64,000 nt of DNA from Candidatus Sulfotelmatobacter sp. (GTDB lineage: Bacteria > Acidobacteriota > Terriglobia > Terriglobales > Acidobacteriaceae), in the NCBI GenBank assembly GCA_035272245.1, contig DATEQW010000071.1:42-64041 (forward strand), read 5' to 3'. A program made the translations under genes and the position numbers. Below are positions 1 to 8,882 of the stretch, piece by piece (the first letter of the stretch is position 1; every line of letters begins with the position of its first letter). The notes beneath the pieces are model-generated. The model worked only from the letters and a program-made list of their open reading frames with translations, had not been told where the DNA came from and ran no database searches.

Positions 1-554
1 AGCAACTCGGCTGGCCAGTCGAGATAATAAGCATCGCGATATTTGGCTTTCAGCGCTCGGAATAGGGCGTAATCCTCTAGCCAGCTCGCCTGTTTGAGGC
101 AGAACTCGTCGAAAGCAGGTGTCAGTTGATCGCCTCCGCGCCCGGCTTTGAACTTCGTCCACGCCTTTTGGAGCAGCTGCAGCTTGAACAGAATCACGGA
201 GTCGTAGTCGACCACGTCGGCGGAGAAGTGAGACTCACAATCCTTTGCAGTCAGCAATCCGTGCATAATGAGCGGCTCCGGGCTGATCAGCAAAGCATTC
301 CCGGCGAACGACGAAAGCGATTGATACGGCGAATTTCCGTAACCCGTCGGGCCGAGTGGTAGCGCCTGCCACCAACTTTGGCCGGCATTATGGAGACGAT
401 CAATCCATGAGGACGCCGACGATCCCAGATCGCCGATGCCATACGGCGACGGCAAAGACGTAACGTGCAGCAGCAAGCCGGAAGCGCGATAGTCAGACGG
501 AAACGGCGGAACGGGCGAAGGTGCCCACCCCCACGCGCGCGGCGCTTCGCTCAT
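1..554 (-). CDS. malQ: 4-alpha-glucanotransferase (amylomaltase, GH77), N-terminal part only; gene runs off the window start
   Basis: Absent from the ORF track because it has no stop in the window. The reverse frame is open from ATG at 552-554 down to position 1. The translation [10 protein letters not shown]...GLLLHVTSLPSPYGIGDLG...GQSWWQALPLGPTGYGNSPYQSLSSFAGNALLISPE matches the conserved amylomaltase N-terminus. The ATG overlaps the pgm stop codon (TAATG). Confidence 0.85.
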   Translation of the reverse strand, partial: MSEAPRAWGWAPSPVPPFPSDYRASGLLLHVTSLPSPYGIGDLGSSASSWIDRLHNAGQSWWQALPLGPTGYGNSPYQSLSSFAGNALLISPEPLIMHGLLTAKDCESHFSADVVDYDSVILFKLQLLQKAWTKFKAGRGGDQLTPAFDEFCLKQASWLEDYALFRALKAKYRDAYYLDWPAEL

Positions 555-2290
555 TATCGCGCTCCATCCTGAGAAACGCCTGTGGAGGAACCTAGTGCAT
601 TGTTCACCATCTGCTGCGCTTCGCTCACGATCGCGGACAGATGCGCTTGGCTCTTGAAACTCTCCGCATAGATTTTGTAGATGTTCTCGGTACCGGAGGG
701 CCGAGCTGCAAACCAACCAGTCTGCGCCACAACTTTCAGGCCGCCAATGGGAGCGTTGTTGCCCGGCGCTTTGGTCAGCTTGGCTGTAATTGGCTCACCC
801 GCGAGATCCAACTCCTTTACTGCGTCCGGCGAGAGCTTCTGTAACTTCGCTTTCTGCTCGGGCGTGGCGGGGGCGTCGATACGCGTGTAGTAGGGAGTGC
901 CAAACTCCGCCGTCAGTTCGCGATAATGCTCTCCCGGATTTTTGCCGGTGCGCGCGGTAATCTCTGCCGCCAGCAGGTCCATGATGAGTCCATCTTTGTC
1001 GGTCGTCCACACCGTACCGTCAAGACGAAGGAAACTTGCTCCCGCGCTCTCTTCTCCACCGAAACAACACGAACCGTCGACCAAGCCGGGCACAAACCAC
1101 TTGAAACCCACCGGCACTTCGAGTAGGTGGCGGCCGAGCTTTTGCACGACTCGATCGATCATGCTGCTGCTCACCAAGGTCTTCCCCACCGCGACTTCGT
1201 GACGCCACTGTGGTCTGTGCGTGAGCAAATATCGAATGGCGACGGCAAGGTAGTGGTTCGGGTTCATCAGACCGGCAACCGGAGTTACGATGCCATGCCG
1301 GTCTGCGTCGGTATCGTTGGCGAAGGCCACCTGGTACTGATCTTTGAGGCCGACCAGCCTGGCCATTGCGTACGGGCTCGAACAATCCATTCGAATTTTG
1401 CCATCGTGATCGACGGTCATGAACGAAAACGTTGGATCGATGATGGGATTGACGACGGCGATGTCCAGCCCGTAAATGGAGTTGATCGGTTCCCAGTAGG
1501 GCTGCGATGCCCCGCCCAGCGGATCTACTCCAAGTTTGAGGCCGGCGCCACGAACTGCATCCATATCAACCACGTTCTTGAGATCGCGAACGTATGGGAG
1601 AACGAAGTCTTCCTGGTGCGTTGTCGCAGCCTGAATCGCTTTGGCATACGGAACTCGCTTGACTCCGGCATTTCCCGATCGCAACAAATCGTTCGCGCGA
1701 TCTTCCACCCAGCGCGTCACATCAGTGTCAGCCGGGCCGCCGTTGGGCGGGTTGTACTTAAACCCTCCGTCCTCCGGCGGATTGTGCGAAGGCGTAACCA
1801 CAATGCCATCCGCGAGGTGTTCTTTGCGTCCGCGGTTGTAAACCAGAATGGCTCGCGAGATGACCGGAGTGGGAGTGATGCCGTCCTTTTCCTGGATGAT
1901 GGTCTCTACGTTATTCGCGGCCAGCACTTCGAGAGCGGTGCGCTGCGCCGGTCCAGACACCGCGTGCGTGTCCTTTCCCATATAAAGCGGGCCGTCTGTT
2001 CGCTGCTGCCGGCGGTAGTCGCAGATCGCCTGGGTAATGGCCAGGATGTGCGCTTCAGTGAACGTTCCGTTCAGAGGAGAGCCGCGGTGCCCGCTGGTAC
2101 CGAAGCTGACTAGCTGAGTACGATCCTGCAGGTCCGGACGTCGCTCGAAATATTCCTTCTCCAAGCGAGCTACGTCTACCAACAGCTCCTTTGGGGCCGG
2201 TTTGCCCGCAAGCGGCGAAATTATCATTCCGTTAGTCTTACTTGCTGCCGGGGGTGTTTCTAAACTACTGGGCATGGTTCCACCTTCCAA
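554..2290 (-). CDS. pgm: Phosphoglucomutase (alpha-D-phosphohexomutase family)
   Basis: 578-aa ORF with phosphoserine loop [15 protein letters not shown] and a GTSGHRGS motif. A start at MPSSLE (2275) is also possible. It overlaps the end of glgP by 16-31 nt. Confidence 0.9.
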   Translation of the reverse strand: MEGGTMPSSLETPPAASKTNGMIISPLAGKPAPKELLVDVARLEKEYFERRPDLQDRTQLVSFGTSGHRGSPLNGTFTEAHILAITQAICDYRRQQRTDGPLYMGKDTHAVSGPAQRTALEVLAANNVETIIQEKDGITPTPVISRAILVYNRGRKEHLADGIVVTPSHNPPEDGGFKYNPPNGGPADTDVTRWVEDRANDLLRSGNAGVKRVPYAKAIQAATTHQEDFVLPYVRDLKNVVDMDAVRGAGLKLGVDPLGGASQPYWEPINSIYGLDIAVVNPIIDPTFSFMTVDHDGKIRMDCSSPYAMARLVGLKDQYQVAFANDTDADRHGIVTPVAGLMNPNHYLAVAIRYLLTHRPQWRHEVAVGKTLVSSSMIDRVVQKLGRHLLEVPVGFKWFVPGLVDGSCCFGGEESAGASFLRLDGTVWTTDKDGLIMDLLAAEITARTGKNPGEHYRELTAEFGTPYYTRIDAPATPEQKAKLQKLSPDAVKELDLAGEPITAKLTKAPGNNAPIGGLKVVAQTGWFAARPSGTENIYKIYAESFKSQAHLSAIVSEAQQMVNNALGSSTGVSQDGAR

Positions 2291-4788
2291 ATGTCAGATG
2301 CGTATTCCGAAATGCTGCGGTCACTTGAAAACTTTCCGGAACTGGCCACGTTCAGGATCGCTTTGTGCGCCCACTCGCCGGGGTCGGCGTACAGTGCACC
2401 CACTCGTTCCTGCGCCTGACAATAAGAGGTCAAGTCGGCCAGGTGCATGTAATGATCGCCGCCAGTCAGCAGCGTATCGCGCAAAGGAGCGAACACTCCC
2501 GGTTCGTTGCGGCTGAAGTGGTCGGAAAAAATCAGGTCGAGAGCGGCTCGAGTCTCCGGTTCGTGGTCATAATGCCAGTACGGGTTGTACCAACCGCGAC
2601 TGTTCTCCACCTGCTCCACCGTCAAACCGAACAGGAACATATTCCCTTCCCCTGCCTCCTCCGCCATCTCGATAGTAGCTCCGTCGCGAGTTCCCACCGT
2701 CAGGGCCCCGTTCATCATGAATTTCATGTTACTCGTTCCGCTGGCCTCGTACCCGGCAGTCGAGATTTGATTCGAGACATCACTGGCCGGAATCAGCCGT
2801 TCTGCCAACGAAACACTGTACTCAGGCAGAAAGAGCACATTGAGTCTTCCGCGCACGGCAGGGTCACCGTCAATTGTTGCCGCCAAGTTATTGATGAATT
2901 TTATGATCAGCTTCGCCAGCGTGTAAGCTGGTGCCGCTTTACCGGCAAAGAAGAATGTGCGCGGCACCATGTTCAAGTCGGGATTCTCCCGCAGCCGGTT
3001 ATAAACAACTACAATTCGCAGCGCATTCATTAATTGTCTTTTGTATTCGTGGATGCGCTTGATCTGGCAATCGAAGATCGTGTTCGGATCGACGATCTGA
3101 CCGGACGTCGTCTTAAGCCAGTTGGCAAACTGCACCTTCGCCGCTTTCTTTGATTTGAGAAACACTTCACGAAAGCTGTGATCTGCAGCAAATGATTTAA
3201 GTTCCTTGAGCTGGCTCAGGTCAGTAGTCCAACGCTCGCCGATCACCTCCGTGATTACACTTGCCATCGCAGGATTGGCTTGCAGCAACCAGCGCCGCGG
3301 CGTCACCCCATTCGTTTTGTTGTTAAAACGCTCAGGGAACATTTCGGCAAGATCCTTGACGGTCACGGTCCGCAACAGTTTTGAGTGAACCGCAGCCACA
3401 CCATTGGTGCTGTGGGTGCCGACGATCGCAAGGTTCGCCATGCGGATCTTCCGCTGGTTGCCTTCTTCCACCAGGCTCACGCGCTGCACGCGTCCCTCGT
3501 CGCCCGGGAACCGACGCCGAACTTCGTCCAGCAACCGTCGGTTAATTTCGTAAATGATCTGCAGATTCCGGGGAAAAAGCGTTTCAAACCAAGCCACGGG
3601 CCATTTCTCCAGAGCTTCGGGCAGCAAGGTATGATTTGTGTACGCGAGCGCCTTCTTCGTCAGGTCCCAGGCCTGGTCCCATCCCAGGTGCGCATCATCT
3701 AGGAGGATTCGCATCAACTCAGACACCGACATGGAGGGATGCGTGTCATTCAATTGAATTGCGACCTTCCCCGGCAATTTGTCCCAATCGGTGTTGTGGC
3801 GCAGGAAACGGCGGATCAGGTCGGCCATTGAGCACGCCACCAGAAAATATTCTTGCAGGAAGCGAAGTCCCTGCCCCTGAGTGGTGGAATCGTCGGGATA
3901 CAGCACGCGGGTAAGTGACTCCGCTTCGAGGGTCTCACCAAGCGCTCCGACGAAATCCCCAGTGTCGAACTTCTCGAGATCGAAATACTCAGGCGCCGCA
4001 GCGGCCCAAAGCCGCAGAGTATTAATCGTCTTTCCGCCATAGCCCACCACGGGACGATCAAATGGAATGCCGATCAGGCTCGACGGCCTGTCTCGGACAA
4101 TCTCAAGCTTACCGGCTCGCAACCTGAATGAAACATTCAGCTTAATTTCCACCTGCTCGTGAGGCCGGGCGATCTCCCAGGGATCGCTGTCGCGCAGCCA
4201 GTTGTCAGGATTCTCTTTCTGCCAACCGTCCACGATCGTCTGCTTGAACATGCCATATTCATAGCGCAGACCGTACCCCGTGCCTGGAAGCTGCATCGTC
4301 GCCATCGAGTCGATAAAGCACGCAGCCAGACGGCCCAGTCCACCGTTGCCCAGTCCCGCATCGGGTTCCTGCTCGAGTAATTCCAGCCAGTCGATATCCT
4401 TCTCTCGAACCACAAGTTGCGCCAGCGGATCGAGCAATAGGTTGGAAACGTTGTTGGCCAGGGAACGGCCGATCAGAAACTCCATGGAAAGGTAATAAAT
4501 GCGTTTGGCGTTCTGTTGTTCATAGGTGGTCTTAGTCTGCACCCAGCGCTGCGCGAGAATATCCCGGATGGAATGAGAAAAAGCTTCAAAGCGTTCACGG
4601 GCGCTCGCTACTTTCGGGTCGATCGCCCGGTCAAAAATCAAATGCCGTTCGTAGAGCGCGCCGTCCGTTCCCGCGAACGGCAGGGAACCGGTCCCGTATT
4701 GTTGCAGTAGCTCTGAAGCTTTGGGTGCGCTCGTCGTCATCGGAACAACTTTCGGGGAGCCGGGCCGTGCCACACTCTTTGTGCTCAT
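2260..4788 (-). CDS. glgP: Glycogen/maltodextrin phosphorylase (GT35)
   Basis: PLP-lysine region [27 protein letters not shown] and typical length. The ORF is open to 4866, but ATG at 4788 ([10 protein letters not shown]) is preceded by AAGGA. Confidence 0.9.
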   Translation of the reverse strand: MSTKSVARPGSPKVVPMTTSAPKASELLQQYGTGSLPFAGTDGALYERHLIFDRAIDPKVASARERFEAFSHSIRDILAQRWVQTKTTYEQQNAKRIYYLSMEFLIGRSLANNVSNLLLDPLAQLVVREKDIDWLELLEQEPDAGLGNGGLGRLAACFIDSMATMQLPGTGYGLRYEYGMFKQTIVDGWQKENPDNWLRDSDPWEIARPHEQVEIKLNVSFRLRAGKLEIVRDRPSSLIGIPFDRPVVGYGGKTINTLRLWAAAAPEYFDLEKFDTGDFVGALGETLEAESLTRVLYPDDSTTQGQGLRFLQEYFLVACSMADLIRRFLRHNTDWDKLPGKVAIQLNDTHPSMSVSELMRILLDDAHLGWDQAWDLTKKALAYTNHTLLPEALEKWPVAWFETLFPRNLQIIYEINRRLLDEVRRRFPGDEGRVQRVSLVEEGNQRKIRMANLAIVGTHSTNGVAAVHSKLLRTVTVKDLAEMFPERFNNKTNGVTPRRWLLQANPAMASVITEVIGERWTTDLSQLKELKSFAADHSFREVFLKSKKAAKVQFANWLKTTSGQIVDPNTIFDCQIKRIHEYKRQLMNALRIVVVYNRLRENPDLNMVPRTFFFAGKAAPAYTLAKLIIKFINNLAATIDGDPAVRGRLNVLFLPEYSVSLAERLIPASDVSNQISTAGYEASGTSNMKFMMNGALTVGTRDGATIEMAEEAGEGNMFLFGLTVEQVENSRGWYNPYWHYDHEPETRAALDLIFSDHFSRNEPGVFAPLRDTLLTGGDHYMHLADLTSYCQAQERVGALYADPGEWAHKAILNVASSGKFSSDRSISEYASDIWKVEPCPVV

Positions 4789-4873
4789 TGGGTGATCCTT
4801 TATCTTCCGGTTATCTGAAACTGTTAGGGTTCCACATCCAAAATCAACACGTTCCGGCTGAACCATCGTCTAT

Positions 4874-5473
4874 TCACGCGGCCACATGATGATCGTCATT
4901 CCATAGCCGGATCACCGGCTGGGAGAGATTATGCTCGTAACTAAGCGCACTCAGGCTCGCCGGGTTTAATAGAAAATACCTACCCGCCGATCCGAGACCG
5001 ACTGCCAGCCAACGGGCGGTCAAAACTCGAATAAAGTGCCCGCTGGAAAAGATCAGCACATTTCCCTGAACTGCGCGCACTCGCTCGACGACCCGATCTG
5101 CCCGCGCGCCAATTTGTTCCGGCGACTCACCTCCCGGTGCGCCGTCACGGAACAACTGCCAGCCGGGGCGTTGTCGAAGAATCTCATCCGAGCGTAGTCC
5201 TTCATATTGGCCGTAGTTCCATTCCACCAAGTCAGGGTCGATCTCGGCCATGGCTCTAAACCCAGCCAGCTCGCAGGTTCGAGCGGCGCGCTGCAACGGG
5301 CTGGTAAACACCTTGGCGAATGTCATGCCCTTCAGCCGTTCTCCCAGCCTTCGGGCATTGCACTCACCACTCGGAGTGAGAGGTAAATCCGTAAGGCCAG
5401 TATGCTGGCCCGTGATGGTCCAAGCAGTGTTACCGTGCCGTGCCAGATAGACCTGTGGAAGCGTTTCGCTCAT
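4874..5473 (-). CDS. Histidine phosphatase family protein (phosphoglycerate-mutase-like)
   Basis: RHG motif in VYLARHGNTAWTITGQHTG and a second catalytic His in IFSSGHFIRV. The ORF is open to 5656, but the conserved domain starts at MSETLPQVYLARHG (ATG at 5473). Confidence 0.8.
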   Translation of the reverse strand: MSETLPQVYLARHGNTAWTITGQHTGLTDLPLTPSGECNARRLGERLKGMTFAKVFTSPLQRAARTCELAGFRAMAEIDPDLVEWNYGQYEGLRSDEILRQRPGWQLFRDGAPGGESPEQIGARADRVVERVRAVQGNVLIFSSGHFIRVLTARWLAVGLGSAGRYFLLNPASLSALSYEHNLSQPVIRLWNDDHHVAA

Positions 5474-5546
5474 GTAGTCTCTCTTCTCGGATGCTAGAAT
5501 CCAGCCCGTTCTCGGCGGATAACCCCAAAAAGAATGAGCAATGCAG

Positions 5547-5705
5547 CTAAGTCGTGAGCGGACATGCCGGGTGACCGCATTGACAGGCGATGTCCACGTC
5601 TTCGCTTCCAGCGTCCCTACACACTTCCCCGCAGTACTCCTGTCCCTGTGGGACATTGCAAAGGCATGGCAGGTGTGCGCACTTTCTCGTGTCTTGATTC
5701 TTCAT
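5547..5705 (-). CDS. smtA: Bacterial metallothionein, SmtA/BmtA-like (52 aa, 9 Cys and 2 His)
   Basis: Below the ORF-track size cutoff. GGAGGAAACCA precedes the ATG. The translation is MKNQDTRKCAHLPCLCNVPQGQEYCGEVCRDAGSEDVDIACQCGHPACPLTT. It aligns with Synechococcus SmtA as recalled from memory: KCACEPCLCNV...YYCSEACADGH...GCGHTGCNC. Confidence 0.7.
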   Translation of the reverse strand: MKNQDTRKCAHLPCLCNVPQGQEYCGEVCRDAGSEDVDIACQCGHPACPLTT

Positions 5706-5738
5706 TGGTTTCCTCCATCGTGCATCTGGTTGGCCTTT

Positions 5739-7121
5739 TTAATCCTCGAAGCTGCGTACACCACCCTGGAATCTATTCTTCGCATTGGACCACAGCCACT
5801 TGATCACGCGCGAATCGTTGTAGCAGTACGCCAGGTTATGGTTCAGGGTGGAGAAACAATGCTGCTGGCAGGTTGACTTCATGGCTGAGAGTTGCCCCTG
5901 ATCGAATTTCGGCTGATCGATGTTCCCCCAGTCAAAGGTTGCACCATACATCGGGAAACACGGAGCGACCGTGCCGTCGGTTCGGATGATCACATTATTC
6001 TGACCGGCCCGACAGTTCCACTTCGCAAAATGCAGTTGGCCATCTTCCTGCTGCTCGATTCCTGGCAATGAAGCGAGCAGTTCCGCCTTGTGCCCGTTCC
6101 CGCTGGTTCCATCGCCGTTCCAGCCGTATTCCTTCAGATCGAGCCCGGAGGACATGCGCAGGAAGGCTTTGATCTCTTGCAGCCGTTGCACCGAGTTCAC
6201 CATCTGATAGCCCGCTTTGTTTTTCTCAGTCAGCCAATCGACCAGAGCGTCGACCCTGCACCAATCTTCCGGGCGGATGTACGTGGGATTGTCGTAAAGA
6301 TGCTTGAAGTGGTCATCCTGTTCGAGCATCGGAGTTTCGTTGATGTGATAGTCGGTAGCAATGCGGTGGTCGTGGGCGTATTCGGTTAATTTTCTGACGT
6401 CTTCGGTGTTGTTGCGGCAGATGTTGATGTTGAAAAAAACCAGGTATCGATGTGCATATTGCTTGCGCAAGATATGTTCCAGGTTTTTCTGCGAGGGCAC
6501 GAACGCCTTGGGAAGACTCGGCTGAAGATCCCAAGAATCCAGCGCGAAGTTGAACACAGCTACGCCGGCATCACCCAGGCGGTCTGCCACGTCGGGACGC
6601 AGCAAACGCCCATTGGTGGCGATATAAACCCAAAAACCTTTCTTCGCCGCGTAGTAGACAACCTTATGGATGAAATCCGGCCGCAGCAGCGGTTCGCCAC
6701 CCATCAGGGCCAGCACTCGGCAACCGTTGTCGTGCAGCCAGTCGATCGAGCGCCGGGCTACGTCCTCGGTCATGCCCTTGACTTTGTTGTTGTACGACCA
6801 GCAATACCAGCAATCCAGATTGCACTTGTACTCGACAAACAGGTACGCGGTAATAGGGTGGAACTCGCCTGGCAGAACTCGTGAGCGCACGTAGGGGAAC
6901 AGCCACCCGCGCGAGTAGCGGTAAACATCTCTCACACCCCACTGCCGTTTCTCAGGAGGAGCCTCGGGGCCTGGATCGCTCAGGCGCTCGGGGTACTGCG
7001 GAAACACAGGCTCCGGAAGGGTTAAACCCTGTGCACTCGCCGGCGCCGGTGAGCGCTGAGCCGAGTTCATCAGGAGGTCGTGAATCGCAACGTCGATGCG
7101 GAATTTAGCGGCCGTCGCCAT
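5739..7121 (-). CDS. Radical SAM enzyme with C-terminal SPASM/twitch-like Cys cluster, function unknown
   Basis: CNLDCWYC (CX3CX2C) lies after an N-terminal extension of about 95 aa. GGEPLLRPD is present. The C-terminus has C-X12-G-X4-C (CRAGQNNVIIRTDGTVAPC) followed by CQQHC...C. Confidence 0.85.
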   Translation of the reverse strand: MATAAKFRIDVAIHDLLMNSAQRSPAPASAQGLTLPEPVFPQYPERLSDPGPEAPPEKRQWGVRDVYRYSRGWLFPYVRSRVLPGEFHPITAYLFVEYKCNLDCWYCWSYNNKVKGMTEDVARRSIDWLHDNGCRVLALMGGEPLLRPDFIHKVVYYAAKKGFWVYIATNGRLLRPDVADRLGDAGVAVFNFALDSWDLQPSLPKAFVPSQKNLEHILRKQYAHRYLVFFNINICRNNTEDVRKLTEYAHDHRIATDYHINETPMLEQDDHFKHLYDNPTYIRPEDWCRVDALVDWLTEKNKAGYQMVNSVQRLQEIKAFLRMSSGLDLKEYGWNGDGTSGNGHKAELLASLPGIEQQEDGQLHFAKWNCRAGQNNVIIRTDGTVAPCFPMYGATFDWGNIDQPKFDQGQLSAMKSTCQQHCFSTLNHNLAYCYNDSRVIKWLWSNAKNRFQGGVRSFED

Positions 7122-7355
7122 GCAGATCTACCTCGTAAAAGAGTTGGTTGGAAGCGGTTGTTCCGTCGTCTTGGCTGAGAGATAAAACCGCCAGCAGCGC
7201 AAACTTCCTTCACACCGCTTCTAGATGCGAAATGCAAGTCATTGGCCAACATTGGGAGAGAACTGCCCCCTCTAACCTTTTGTAAAACAGAAGGTGGATG
7301 GGAGCCGCGACATTCTTAGCGAGCCCACGGTTTGGCAACTGCCAAGGCATTGACC

Positions 7356-8834
7356 TTAATTCGGCGTTAGATTTTGTGAGTGAAGTGAAGGGCCATTGGG
7401 CATCTGGGAATCCTGCTGCCAGCCTCCACCAAGGGCCTTGTAGAGTTGCACCAGGCTTTGGTATTCGTTGCCTCGAGCCTGGGCAAGCGTGAGCTCAGCC
7501 TCAAACAGCGATCGCTGCCCATCGAGGACTTCAAGATAGGTGGTGATGCCTCCCCGATAGCGTACGAGCGACGTATCGACCGTATCCTGCAGGTCCTTGA
7601 CGGTCGTCTCCTGCGCAACGCGAACCTGATGTAGTTTCTGATAGCCAATCAGAGCATCGGAAACATCACGGAACGCCAGCTGGATGACCTGCTTGTAAGC
7701 GATCAGTTCCTGCCGGTGTTGTGATTCAGCCAGCCTTAGGTCTCCGCGCAGCGCGCCTCCCGTGAAAATGGGTTGGGTGACCTGGGCGCCGTACGACCAG
7801 ATTCCGGTTTGTGAACTCATCAGGCCGCTGAGAAGCGTGCTCCGACCGAACGCGCCTCCCCCGGACCCAGTGAGAGAAATCTGCGGAAAAAATGCGGCCT
7901 TGGCGACGCCGATCTCAGCGTTGGCGGCGATCAACACTTGTTCAACCTGGCGAATATCCGGCCGGCGTTCGAGCAGCGTCGAGGGCATGCCTGGCGGCAC
8001 GTCCGGAGGAAGCGGCTGTTCCGTTAACCGGCGCCCACGTCGCACACTGTCGGGATAATGTCCAAGCAGAGTACTGATTGCATCCTCTTCCTGGCCGATC
8101 TGCCTCTCTAAGTCGGGTATCTGCGCATTGGCGGTGTCGAGCACCTGCTCCGCCTGCAGCACATCCAGCTTGGTGGCAACGCCATGGTCGAGTCGCAACC
8201 GTGTCAGCTTTACGGAATCTTCCTGCGTGTTCACCGTGTCGCGCGTAATCTGAAGTTCGAGATCAAGTTGCAGAAGCGTGAAATAGTCACTGGCCACATC
8301 GCTGACCAGAGTAAGTATGACCGTATTACGCGCATCTTCCGTGGCCAGCAGCTCGGCGCGCGACGCTTCCGTCGCACGCCGCAGGCGGCCAAAGAGGTCC
8401 AACTGGAATGCTGCATCCGCCGTGAGCGCCAGAATATTGTATTTAGCTTGGGTAGTTGGATCTTTTCCGCCAGCAAAGTTGCCACCTGCTTGCACTTGCG
8501 GAAACAAACTGGAACGCGTGATGGTGACTTGGGCACGCGCAGCGGCGATGCGCTCCGTAGCCAGTTGCAGGTCATAATTTTCTTTCAGCGCTGTCCGAAT
8601 GAGTTCTTGCAGTTGCGGATCCTGGAAGACTTGCCACCAGGGAAGGTCTGCAAACGACGCTGCTTGAACCTGAACCTGCGAGTTTTCGTTTAGATCACGA
8701 TACACGCCGGGAGTCTGAACGACGGGCCGGTGATAATTCGGACCGACCATGCATCCGGTCATTTGGAGCGAGGCGAAGGTCGCAAAACAGACCCCAAACA
8801 AAATCCCTGACATCGGCGACACCAACTTTTTCAT
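7356..8834 (-). CDS. RND efflux outer-membrane factor lipoprotein (NodT/OprM family)
   Basis: Signal peptide with lipobox LQMTGC, two-repeat OEP-like sequence, and last position in the efflux operon. Confidence 0.9.
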   Translation of the reverse strand: MKKLVSPMSGILFGVCFATFASLQMTGCMVGPNYHRPVVQTPGVYRDLNENSQVQVQAASFADLPWWQVFQDPQLQELIRTALKENYDLQLATERIAAARAQVTITRSSLFPQVQAGGNFAGGKDPTTQAKYNILALTADAAFQLDLFGRLRRATEASRAELLATEDARNTVILTLVSDVASDYFTLLQLDLELQITRDTVNTQEDSVKLTRLRLDHGVATKLDVLQAEQVLDTANAQIPDLERQIGQEEDAISTLLGHYPDSVRRGRRLTEQPLPPDVPPGMPSTLLERRPDIRQVEQVLIAANAEIGVAKAAFFPQISLTGSGGGAFGRSTLLSGLMSSQTGIWSYGAQVTQPIFTGGALRGDLRLAESQHRQELIAYKQVIQLAFRDVSDALIGYQKLHQVRVAQETTVKDLQDTVDTSLVRYRGGITTYLEVLDGQRSLFEAELTLAQARGNEYQSLVQLYKALGGGWQQDSQMPNGPSLHSQNLTPN

Positions 8835-8882
8835 GACTATCTCCGCAGCTCATTCTTTTTATGCATTCGGGAGCAAACCATT

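Noticed and set aside
5547-7121. Radical SAM enzyme with a SPASM-like half motif next to a 52-aa Cys-rich peptide: a possible RiPP (ranthipeptide/sactipeptide-like) maturase and precursor pair.
   Set aside because: The peptide's Cys/His spacing matches SmtA-type metallothionein nearly ligand for ligand (KCA.xPCLCNV, YCxExC, CGHxxC). It lies downstream of the enzyme, not upstream, and has no leader-like region. No peptidase or exporter is nearby. I kept it only as a neighbourhood note.
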